Of a stretch of 64,000 nt of DNA, positions 18,644-26,886 are shown piece by piece. Position 1 is the first letter of the stretch; the number at the start of each line of letters is the position of its first letter. The stretch lies in assembly GCA_038227875.1 (NCBI GenBank), contig JBBRPR010000042.1:1-64000 (forward strand), given 5' to 3'. The stretch comes from Planctomycetota bacterium (lineage in GTDB: Bacteria > Planctomycetota > SZUA-567 > H5-PLA8). The notes under the pieces are model-generated. The model searched no databases. It saw nothing but the letters and a program-made list of their open reading frames with translations, and had not been told where the DNA came from. Position numbers and translations under genes: made by a program.

Positions 18644-20005
18644 GTGGCCAAGCCAAGACGAAAAGGCGCGTCGAAACAATTACTTATTCTATTAGTAGGT
18701 GGTTTTTTTATCGGAGTGGCCGGAATAGCTTTTTACTTCGTTTATCAAGCTTCACTGGATGTCTCGAAATCACACGCAGCCATTGATACCGGGCCGAGTT
18801 CGCAGCTGGATGATGGCACTGAGATGAGCCCCGCGACGCGCGCCAAAGTCGCGGATGCGACGGTGATCGTGCGCGTGAAAAATGGCAAGACAGTCACGCT
18901 GGGCAGCGGCTTCTTCTGCCGCCGCGGAATCGTGGTGACGGACGTGGACGTGCTGGGTGAAATTCCAGACGTTCAGAGTTTCTCCGGATCGCTGGAAGTG
19001 GTGCTCAACGCCGGCGTCGCTGGAAAAGAAACAGTCTGTCCGGCCAAGCTCACGGTGCTTGATCCGTACTCGCGCCTGGCGTTCATTAAACCAGATGGCT
19101 TGAAGTTGGCGCCAGAACCCTTGGACCTGGGATCGACGCAATTTGTCGGCGAGACCACGCCGCTGTTTGTCGCCCAGTGCACCCCCTCGGCTACCAAGCC
19201 CGGCGAAGGAGACACGGTCGAGATTGCCAAATGCGCCGTCTCGCACTCGGAGTTTCGCAAGTCTGGCACGCAGGTGTTGATTGTCGAAGGCGCGTTTGGC
19301 CAGGCGTGCGGTGGCGCTCCCGTGCTCAACCAGAAGGGCCAACTGTTGGCGCTCATTCCACACCATAAGAAGGCCTTGAACTCCAGCGCCACCGTGCCGC
19401 TGGCGGACGTGACGTTTTCGATCAATGGATACGTCTCCGACTTGAGCGTCAAGACCCGCACCAAGAATGGCGACCGCTACACGTTCGATATCAGCGCCAA
19501 CTGCATCGACCCCCTCGACGTCGCCCGCGGCGTCACCTTCTATTACTGGACGGCCGGCGAAGGCAATGCCAATCCGACTGCCAAGACCGCCGTGGCCTTG
19601 ACCCGCGTGGGAAACACGTCCACCTGGAAGGGCTCGGTCTCGGATCTTGTCGTCGCCAAGCGTTCGGAATTCTGGGCGCAGACCGGATTCAAAGCCGGCG
19701 AAGCAGAAGTGGCCGACGCCGCGTTCAATCGTGCCGCCGAATTGGGCGTTCCCGGCGCGCAGCCTGTCGTCGTGGAAGCGCCTCGTCCGCAAGCGCCGCG
19801 CTACGTGCCGCCGCCGCAGGTCGTGAAGCGCGTTGTCGTTCAGCAGCCGGTTGCGCCGCCACCACCGCCGGATTCGCCCGGCTGGAACCTGGGCTACACT
19901 ACCGACCAAAGCAGCAACCGTCCGAGCGGTGACTATGAAACAAAAGGGAATTCCTGGGACAACCCCAACAAGTCCGTCAGCCCGGTGATTACACGGCGGC
20001 GCTAA
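18644..20005 (+). CDS. Membrane-anchored trypsin-like (S1) domain protein, catalytic residues apparently absent
   Basis: N-terminal TM helix; GSGFF followed by VTDVDV (no His); ACGGAPVLNQKG at the GNSGGP position. GTG start with GAGGGG SD. Confidence 0.72.
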   Translation: MAKPRRKGASKQLLILLVGGFFIGVAGIAFYFVYQASLDVSKSHAAIDTGPSSQLDDGTEMSPATRAKVADATVIVRVKNGKTVTLGSGFFCRRGIVVTDVDVLGEIPDVQSFSGSLEVVLNAGVAGKETVCPAKLTVLDPYSRLAFIKPDGLKLAPEPLDLGSTQFVGETTPLFVAQCTPSATKPGEGDTVEIAKCAVSHSEFRKSGTQVLIVEGAFGQACGGAPVLNQKGQLLALIPHHKKALNSSATVPLADVTFSINGYVSDLSVKTRTKNGDRYTFDISANCIDPLDVARGVTFYYWTAGEGNANPTAKTAVALTRVGNTSTWKGSVSDLVVAKRSEFWAQTGFKAGEAEVADAAFNRAAELGVPGAQPVVVEAPRPQAPRYVPPPQVVKRVVVQQPVAPPPPPDSPGWNLGYTTDQSSNRPSGDYETKGNSWDNPNKSVSPVITRRR

Positions 20006-20037
20006 GCGCAGCCGGTACGAGTTACTGGAGGTGAACG

Positions 20038-21750
20038 ATGAAACTATTGAAACCCATCGTGATTCTTCTGCTCGGCGTCGGCATCGGTGTGGCGATCGCG
20101 TCGACGATGAAGAATCCGTTTGCGCGGCCGGCGGACGACTCGGACCGCGACGTGAAGCCCTCCGCGACGGCATTGTCCGTGGACAAGACGGCCGCGCCCG
20201 CAAAGACGACGCCTCCTGTCGTCGCTCCTCCCTTGCCCAAAGCCGTCGCCACCGCGCCGGTAAAAGTCGAAGCAGAAACGCCGCCCGCTTCCCGGCCCGC
20301 GCCCGCGTCGGCGCCAGCGGTTGCCGAAGTGACCAATGGTGTTCCAGCGCTTCTGGCACGCCGTCCATTGAAACTCGGTGGCGGCGAAAACGCGGCGGAA
20401 GGTGTGGGCCTTGCACCGGAAGTCGCCAGCAAAGTCTGGGACGCGAGCGTCTATCTTCGCGCTACGCTGGCCGGGCAGAAATTTGAGGCGTGCGGTTTCT
20501 TCTGCCGACCGGGATTGATCGCCGCGAACTCCTCATTGCTGGGCATCCCGCGCAGCAAGCGCGCAGTTCCTTCGGGTTTCACGGTGATCAGTGAAGACGG
20601 GAAGGCCTTGCGCCTGGCCGGCTATGATCCCGATTCGGGCCTGGTGTACTTCCGCGGCACAAGCTCCACCAACGCCATACTTCCCCTGGCCGACGACAGC
20701 AACCTTCGCCCTCAAATGGCTGTTTGGTATCCACGCTTTCTCGTCGATCACGACACGGTGAACCGCTCCTCCTTTGGCGTCGGTGAAATCAACGGTGTGC
20801 GCATTGACCCGGCGACCGCTCAATTGAACTTCGTCGGGATCATCAGCGATTTTAAGCTCGATTGCGCCGGTACTCCCTGCGTCGACGCCGACGGGCATCT
20901 CGTCGCGCTGGCCGGTGCAACTCCGGAAGAAACGGCGACCGGGTTGGCCATCTCGTGCGGCGACATCCGTCGCTCGTTGAAAGGCCGCATCGGTTCCACG
21001 TTCGTCCGGAAGATCGCCGACGCCGCCGATTCTTACACGTTTGAGGTTGGTGTGGAGTCGATCGATCCGGCCGAAAAAATCCGCTCCGTCAATTTCTACT
21101 ATTGGACGGTGAAGGTCGATTCGCAGGGCCAATCCAAGAGCGGCAGCATGACGCGCCTGCCGCTGGTGCGCGACTCAAGCACAGGCAAATGGCGTGGCGC
21201 AGTGGCGAGCCTGAAGATGCCGCCGGGCACCAAGCTGTGGATGCAGACGGGCTACTACGGTGCAGAACGCGATGAATTGCTCTCTGAACCGCTGGACTGC
21301 GCGGTGCAACTCGGCGTTCCCGATGCGCCGCCGCCGGTGCCGATCGTCGCGGATGCCGACCACGCACCGCCGCACGCGCGCGTGGAGTACATTCCGCAAG
21401 GCGGTCCGACGCGATCGTTCTTTGTCGGCACGCAGACCACGACGACCACGGTTTCCTATTTGATCACCACCGACGCGGGGACGACGCGCATCGATTACAT
21501 CTATACCAATCCCCCACCCGCGCCGCCGCCAGATTCGCCGGGTTGGAATCTGGGCTACGTCACCGACCCGACTTCGGGGCATCCCTCGGGCCAGTACGAA
21601 CTCGCCGACAGGTACGGCTACAGCAACTACAATTACGGCGGATATGGAAATTACGGATATGGTTACAGCGGGTACAGGAGCTACAACAATTATTCGAACT
21701 ACTACCAGAACGTGCCGAATTACACGCATTACACACCGGGGCGTCGCTGA
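20038..21750 (+). CDS. Paralogous degenerate trypsin-like protein with Pro-rich linker and Tyr/Asn/Gly-rich tail
   Basis: ACGFFC...AANSSL, CAGTPCVDADGHLVAL; shares YTF...IDP...FYYWT...W.QTG and PPPDSPGWNLGY with the upstream gene; GGAGG SD. Confidence 0.75.
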   Translation: MKLLKPIVILLLGVGIGVAIASTMKNPFARPADDSDRDVKPSATALSVDKTAAPAKTTPPVVAPPLPKAVATAPVKVEAETPPASRPAPASAPAVAEVTNGVPALLARRPLKLGGGENAAEGVGLAPEVASKVWDASVYLRATLAGQKFEACGFFCRPGLIAANSSLLGIPRSKRAVPSGFTVISEDGKALRLAGYDPDSGLVYFRGTSSTNAILPLADDSNLRPQMAVWYPRFLVDHDTVNRSSFGVGEINGVRIDPATAQLNFVGIISDFKLDCAGTPCVDADGHLVALAGATPEETATGLAISCGDIRRSLKGRIGSTFVRKIADAADSYTFEVGVESIDPAEKIRSVNFYYWTVKVDSQGQSKSGSMTRLPLVRDSSTGKWRGAVASLKMPPGTKLWMQTGYYGAERDELLSEPLDCAVQLGVPDAPPPVPIVADADHAPPHARVEYIPQGGPTRSFFVGTQTTTTTVSYLITTDAGTTRIDYIYTNPPPAPPPDSPGWNLGYVTDPTSGHPSGQYELADRYGYSNYNYGGYGNYGYGYSGYRSYNNYSNYYQNVPNYTHYTPGRR

Positions 21751-21767
21751 TTTAAATCAGCGATGCA

Positions 21768-23396
21768 TCAAGGTTTGGGCGCGCCGCTCAGATTGTCTTC
21801 GTCTTCGTCGTCCGCTTTCTTTTCCGGGGGCGCTTCGTTCTTCATCTTTTCGTTGTCTTCGTCCTCCGCTTTCTTTTCCGGCGGCGCTTCGTTCTGCATT
21901 TTTTCGATGATGTTGCTGGAGCTGCGGCCTGGGACCAGCTCGATGCGTTCCACGCGACCGCCGTAGGCTTCGACCACGTCCCAGCCGACGACGTCTTCCT
22001 TACGCTTGTAGTCGGCGCCTTTGCAGAGGATGTCGGGCTTGATCGCCTCGATGAGCTGCAGAGGCGTGTCTTCGCCGAAGAGCACCACGCCGTCGACACT
22101 CTCCAGTCCGGTGAGCAGCCGTGCGCGGTCGTCTTCCTGATTGATCGGCCGGTTTTTTCCTTTCAAGCGGCGCACGGACGCATCGGTGTTGATGCCCACA
22201 AAAAGCGCGTCGCCGAGCTGCCGCGACTTTTCCAGATACGTCATGTGGCCGAGATGGATCACGTCGAAGCAGCCGTTGGTGAAGACGACCTTCTTGCCGC
22301 TGCGCCGCAACGCGGTCGCCTGTTCGGCAGCTTGCGCGGCGGTCATCAATTTTCCCACCGAACGCGGTGTGCGTTCGCCGAGGAGTTCCAGGATTTCGTG
22401 GTCGGAGACCGAGGCGGTGCCAAATTTCGCGACCTTCGCGCCCGCAGCGGCATTGCCCAGCCACGCGGCCAGCGGCATGGAAGCTCCGGCAGCCAGCGCC
22501 AGGCACGTCACCGCGCCGGCGACATCGCCGGCTCCGGCTTCGCCGCGCACCGTCGTGGCGTGAGAGGGAAATGAGACGCTGGTGTTGTCGGCGCAGGCAA
22601 TGGAAACGCCGCGTTCAGATCGCGTCAGCATCACGTTTTTCACCCGCAATCCGTTCCGGAGCTGATGCGCGGACTCTTCGCAGACCTGGTCGTCTGAGGT
22701 GTGGCGTAAGCCCAGCACATAGGAATCCATCGAGCCGAGAAAGCCCTGCGCTTCCTTCCAATTCGGCTTGATCACCGTCGCACCGGCGTAGCGCGACCAG
22801 TCGCGGCCCTTCGGATCGACCACGACGGGGCGATTTTCCGCGGCCTTGATCGCGACGCTGCACACCTGCTCGGTCAACAGCCCTTTCTTATAATCACTGA
22901 GCAACACCGCGTCGGCGGTGGCGGCGACGGCAGCGATGCGCGCGGAGAAATCGGCGAGGATCGCGTCGCTGAGCGGGTGCTTGCCTTCGCGATCGATGCG
23001 CAGGAGATGCTGGCGCCCGGAGATGATGCGCGTCTTCACCGTCGTCGGCCGCGACGGATCCTTCACCACCAGGCTGGTGTCGATGCGTAGACCTTGAGCT
23101 TCGGCGATCAACTGCGCCGCCTGCGGATCGTCGCCGGTGATGCAGGCGAGCGTCACGCGCGCGCCGAGCGCCGCGAGACACTTGGCCACGTTGGCGGCGC
23201 CGCCGAGCATGCTTTCCTCACGTTCGACCTGGACGATCTGCACCGGCGCTTCCGGCGAGATGCGCGCGGTCGTGCCATAGGTGTAGCAATCCAGCATCGC
23301 GTCGCCGACGACCAGCACATGGCGGCCGACCATGGCGCGAAGGAGGCTACGCACGGCCGCGGTGTCGGGCGGATTGAATTGCAGTCGGCGGATCAT
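21768..23396 (-). CDS. hldE: Bifunctional heptose-7-phosphate kinase / heptose-1-phosphate adenylyltransferase
   Basis: VVGDAMLD, RISPEAPV, GGAANVA, VDPKG, GAGD; FTNGCFDVIHLGH, NTDASVRRLKG, KGADY. Confidence 0.95.
   Translation of the reverse strand: MIRRLQFNPPDTAAVRSLLRAMVGRHVLVVGDAMLDCYTYGTTARISPEAPVQIVQVEREESMLGGAANVAKCLAALGARVTLACITGDDPQAAQLIAEAQGLRIDTSLVVKDPSRPTTVKTRIISGRQHLLRIDREGKHPLSDAILADFSARIAAVAATADAVLLSDYKKGLLTEQVCSVAIKAAENRPVVVDPKGRDWSRYAGATVIKPNWKEAQGFLGSMDSYVLGLRHTSDDQVCEESAHQLRNGLRVKNVMLTRSERGVSIACADNTSVSFPSHATTVRGEAGAGDVAGAVTCLALAAGASMPLAAWLGNAAAGAKVAKFGTASVSDHEILELLGERTPRSVGKLMTAAQAAEQATALRRSGKKVVFTNGCFDVIHLGHMTYLEKSRQLGDALFVGINTDASVRRLKGKNRPINQEDDRARLLTGLESVDGVVLFGEDTPLQLIEAIKPDILCKGADYKRKEDVVGWDVVEAYGGRVERIELVPGRSSSNIIEKMQNEAPPEKKAEDEDNEKMKNEAPPEKKADDEDEDNLSGAPKP
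21798..21905 (-). repeat. 54-bp tandem duplication in the hldE 3' end
   Basis: Encodes EKMQNEAPPEKKAEDEDN then EKMKNEAPPEKKADDEDE. Confidence 0.85.
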
Positions 23397-24376
23397 GTTG
23401 CGGCGTTTCCCCGGGGCGTGTTTTCAAGCAGCAGGTGTTTGCGGACGTAATCGGCGATGCCGTCTTCCAGCGTGTGAAACGTATGCGCGAAACCGGACGC
23501 GAGCAGCTTGGCCGTTTCGGCCTGGGTGAAGTACTGGTAGCGGCCTTTCAAATCGTCGGGCATCGCAATGTAGTCGATGTGCGGCACATGACCCAGCGCG
23601 TTGAAGATGCCCAGCGTCAGGTCGCGGTACGAACGCGCGACGCCTGTTCCTACATTATAAAGCCCGTTGTTGCCGGTTGCGGGCGTGTGAAGAAAATGGA
23701 GGACCGCGGCGACGGCGTCTTTGACGTAGATAAAATCGCGCATCTGCCCGCCGTCGGGATAGTCGGGGTGATCGGATTTGAAAAGCCGCGCCTTGCCGGT
23801 CTTCTGAATCTGGTGGAAAAAATGGAAGACGACGGAGGCCATGCGAGCTTTGTGCTGCTCACGCGGTCCGAAGACGTTGAAAAATTTCAGACCGGCCCAG
23901 AGCGGCGGCGTCGCGGATTGTTCCAGCGCCCAGAGATCAAACAACTGCTTCGATTCGCCGTAGAGATTCAGCGGCTTGAGTTTCGCCGGGTGTTCGCGGT
24001 CGTTGTAGCCCAGCGCACCGTCGCCGTACGTCGCGGCGCTCGACGCATACACGAAGCGCTTTCTGTAGCCGGTGCAGAGGTTCCACAGGCTGCGCGTGTA
24101 TTCGTAATTGGTGCTCATCATGTAATCGCGGTTGGTTTCGGTGGTGTCGCTGCAGGCGCCCATGTGGACGACGCCGTCGACGCGCGCGTGGTTCTTTTCG
24201 AGCCACGCAAAGATCGCGTCCTTCTCCACGTAACCGCGGATTTTCAGGCCGGCGAGGTTCCCGGTTTTCGCGTCCGCGCCGGGGGTATCGACGGCCAGAA
24301 CTTCCGCGCCATGCACATTCAGGGCGGCAACGACGTTCGAACCGATGAATCCGGCAGCGCCAGTGACAATGATCAT
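23393..24376 (-). CDS. hldD: ADP-L-glycero-D-manno-heptose 6-epimerase
   Basis: MIIVTGAAGFIGSN, HMGACSDTT, YASSAATYG, PLNLYGESK, KFFNVFGP, RDFIYV, YQYFTQA; overlaps the hldE start. Confidence 0.95.
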   Translation of the reverse strand: MIIVTGAAGFIGSNVVAALNVHGAEVLAVDTPGADAKTGNLAGLKIRGYVEKDAIFAWLEKNHARVDGVVHMGACSDTTETNRDYMMSTNYEYTRSLWNLCTGYRKRFVYASSAATYGDGALGYNDREHPAKLKPLNLYGESKQLFDLWALEQSATPPLWAGLKFFNVFGPREQHKARMASVVFHFFHQIQKTGKARLFKSDHPDYPDGGQMRDFIYVKDAVAAVLHFLHTPATGNNGLYNVGTGVARSYRDLTLGIFNALGHVPHIDYIAMPDDLKGRYQYFTQAETAKLLASGFAHTFHTLEDGIADYVRKHLLLENTPRGNAAT

Positions 24377-24442
24377 GGGGGAATGTTAGCGCGGTCGGCG
24401 GCGATTTCACCGCGCAAATGGACGCTGATATCCCAGACCCCT

Positions 24443-24482
24443 TCGACTCGCTCGGGCACCAATTGGTGCCCGGGCGAGTCGA
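24443..24482. repeat. 40-bp loop-less palindrome (one mismatch)
   Basis: TCGACTCGCTCGGGCACCAA|TTGGTGCCCGGGCGAGTCGA in a divergent intergenic region. Confidence 0.8.
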
Positions 24483-24588
24483 GGCCTGTTTTCGGCAAGA
24501 TCTTCAACTTTCTGACATAAGCCGGATTTTCTGTAACGCCCATCCTATACACGCGACAGATGAGGCGTGAGCCCTCAGGAGTGCCCCC

Positions 24589-25539
24589 GTGAACCGATTT
24601 CCGCGACTGGTCCTGCTCCTCGTGCTTTGCTGCGCCTACGGAATCCGTGCGGCAGAAGTGGTGGACGATGTCGACGACGACACGGTGATCCGTAAACGCC
24701 CCCTCGAAATTGAGATTCCCAAAGAGGCTCCCGAAAAGAAGCCGGAGGTTAAGAAGACCCCTCCCCCGCCCGCTCCTGCGGCGCCAGCCAAGGCTGCCAA
24801 AGTGGAGAAGGCGCTGATCGATCTGCTCGCCTTGAAAGCGCCGGAAGCGGAATTCAACGCGGAGATCCGCGCCATCGCCAAAATGCTGATGGAGCGGAAG
24901 TTCACGAAGGACGAGCACGACGACTTACTGCTGGCCGTCACGCGAAATGTGGATCGTTCCGCGAAGGCGTTTGGCGCACTGCTCGACCCGCGCGCCAACC
25001 TGGATGCGAAATTGCGACTGGGTGCGCTGGAAGGACTGCGGCTGGCGTACACCGGTTCGGCCGGTGGGTTTCTCGGCGCGTCGGCGCTGAGCGAACCCAA
25101 CCCGGACGTGCGGCGCGCGGTAATTCAATTGATCAAGGATCGCAACGACCGCGTGGCGATGAAGTACCTGTTTAAGGCGTTGCTGAATTCCGTCGAAAAC
25201 GGTGAATCCACCGCCGTGACCAACTCCGCCCTGAACACGGCCGCGATCGCGGCGCTGCATGATCTCGGCGACAAACAAGTTTACGAAGTACTGCTCTTCC
25301 TCGAACGCGTCGCCATGGCCAACGGCATTACCGGCACGCCGTACCTCGACGGCATCAAGATCGATCCGCCCAACACCGACCTGCAATGCATCACGCCCAA
25401 TGCTGAAGTGGGGATGATGCAGTACACGCAGACGTTTCCCGGGCTGTCCGCGCTGAAAGCCATCAGCGGCGAAAATTTCGGCCACGATTTGAAGAAGTGG
25501 GCGGACTGGATTGATAAGCAGCCGGCGTATCGGAAGTGA
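24589..25539 (+). CDS. Exported HEAT-repeat-like protein
   Basis: Signal peptide; EPNPDVRRAVIQLI and AAIAALHDLGD repeats; ALKAISGENFGHDLKKWADW cap; AGGAG SD. Confidence 0.78.
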   Translation: MNRFPRLVLLLVLCCAYGIRAAEVVDDVDDDTVIRKRPLEIEIPKEAPEKKPEVKKTPPPPAPAAPAKAAKVEKALIDLLALKAPEAEFNAEIRAIAKMLMERKFTKDEHDDLLLAVTRNVDRSAKAFGALLDPRANLDAKLRLGALEGLRLAYTGSAGGFLGASALSEPNPDVRRAVIQLIKDRNDRVAMKYLFKALLNSVENGESTAVTNSALNTAAIAALHDLGDKQVYEVLLFLERVAMANGITGTPYLDGIKIDPPNTDLQCITPNAEVGMMQYTQTFPGLSALKAISGENFGHDLKKWADWIDKQPAYRK

Positions 25540-25544
25540 CGACG

Positions 25545-25748
25545 AACGGATGGCATCGGGGATCGGGCATCAGGCATCGGTTAATGGGTGGGTGCGGCCG
25601 CCAGTCGTGTTCCGCTACAAGTTGATGTCGATTTCTATTTCATCATTCAAGAGCGTCGCCAATTCGCATCGGATCAACGTTCCAGCAACCGGCCATTCCA
25701 AGTCACCGATGCCAGATGCCAGATGCCCGATCCCCGATGCCATCTGTT
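25545..25748. repeat. Miniature inverted-repeat element, family 3, copy A (GGCATCN heptamer ends)
   Basis: AACGGATGGCATCGGGGATCGGGCATCAGGCATCGGT ... ACCGATGCCAGATGCCAGATGCCCGATCCCCGATGCCATCTGTT. Confidence 0.85.
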
Positions 25749-25807
25749 AGACACTCTCCCCTGACACGGTAAGCTTGCTCCATCCCCCAGCAAAGGATGC
25801 GCAGCGC

Positions 25808-26833
25808 ATGCCCTTCCGCCTCGACGAAGTCCGCACATTTCTGCTCTCCTATTTTGAATCGTTGCAGGACACCGGCGGGCGCTACGGCGCTTATCGCGCG
25901 GGTCCGCGCTTGCGGACGGATCTTTACGCCTCGCTGGATGTCGCGTTGATGCGTGCGATCATGGGCGAGAATCTGCTCGCTTTGCCGGAGAAACAGCGCG
26001 CGGAGTGGACAGACCACATCAATTCGTTCGCGGAATCGACGCACAATCAGCCGATCACCGGTTGTTATGGCGATACGCACGGTCATTCGAAGCTCCACGC
26101 CAACGGCATGGTCATCGGCGCGCTGGGAATGATTGGTGGAAAAATGCGTCACCCGGTGACGCTGTACGACGGCTTCAATTCGCCCGAAAAAGTCGCCGGC
26201 TGGCTGGAGACCATCGACTGGGCCCGTCAATGGAGCGCCTCGCACCTGTTCTGGGGCGGGATGCACTGCTTCAGTTTCAGTGCGCGCTGCATGCCGGCAT
26301 GGTTCGACGCCGTCTTTGCCTGGCTGAATGCGAATGTCGATGAGAAAACCGGATGGTGGCGCAAGGGCGTCCCGCACTCCGACCGCCATCAGCCGCTCGG
26401 CGGCAGCGTTCACATCGTCCCGATTTACGAACACCACGGCCGCGCGTTTCCGTACCCCGAGCGCGTGATCGATAGCGTACTGGCGATGCAGCTTCCCAAC
26501 GGCTACTGGCTGCAGCACAACGGCGCACCGTATGTCACGTACCTGGAACTCGATGCGCTCTACGCCTACCGCGTGATGCAGACGTGGGCGCCCAATTACC
26601 GCCGCGACGACGTGATGAAATCCGTCGACCGTTTCGGCACGTGCGTGATTGAGTACTTCAACCAGAAGCGCGATATGATCGCCGCGCACCATCCACACCT
26701 GGTCCTCGGACTGGTCGGCACCTTTGGACTGTTGCAACACCTACAGCCGGATCGTTTCGTCGACAGCGTAAAGTGGAGCGACATATTCAGCGACCGGCAG
26801 CTTTATCGCACGAAGGAAGTCGAAGTATTCTGA
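25808..26833 (+). CDS. Hypothetical protein, possible alpha/alpha-barrel (prenyltransferase-repeat-like)
   Basis: Coding-like 341-aa ORF with QW-type motifs LQDTGGRYG and LAMQLPNGYW; function not identifiable. Confidence 0.6.
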   Translation: MPFRLDEVRTFLLSYFESLQDTGGRYGAYRAGPRLRTDLYASLDVALMRAIMGENLLALPEKQRAEWTDHINSFAESTHNQPITGCYGDTHGHSKLHANGMVIGALGMIGGKMRHPVTLYDGFNSPEKVAGWLETIDWARQWSASHLFWGGMHCFSFSARCMPAWFDAVFAWLNANVDEKTGWWRKGVPHSDRHQPLGGSVHIVPIYEHHGRAFPYPERVIDSVLAMQLPNGYWLQHNGAPYVTYLELDALYAYRVMQTWAPNYRRDDVMKSVDRFGTCVIEYFNQKRDMIAAHHPHLVLGLVGTFGLLQHLQPDRFVDSVKWSDIFSDRQLYRTKEVEVF

Positions 26834-26851
26834 TTTCTTTGACGCGCTAGC

Positions 26852-26880
26852 TTGACATAGTGTAATTTGGACACTATAAT
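26852..26880 (+). promoter_or_regulatory. Perfect sigma70 consensus promoter
   Basis: TTGACA (26852-26857), 17-bp spacer, TATAAT (26875-26880). Confidence 0.9.
26857..26877. promoter_or_regulatory. Palindromic operator, NrtR-like (GT-N7-AC core)
   Basis: ATAGTGT-aatttgg-ACACTAT fills the spacer and overlaps both the -35 and -10 boxes. Confidence 0.7.
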
Positions 26881-26886
26881 TCATTC

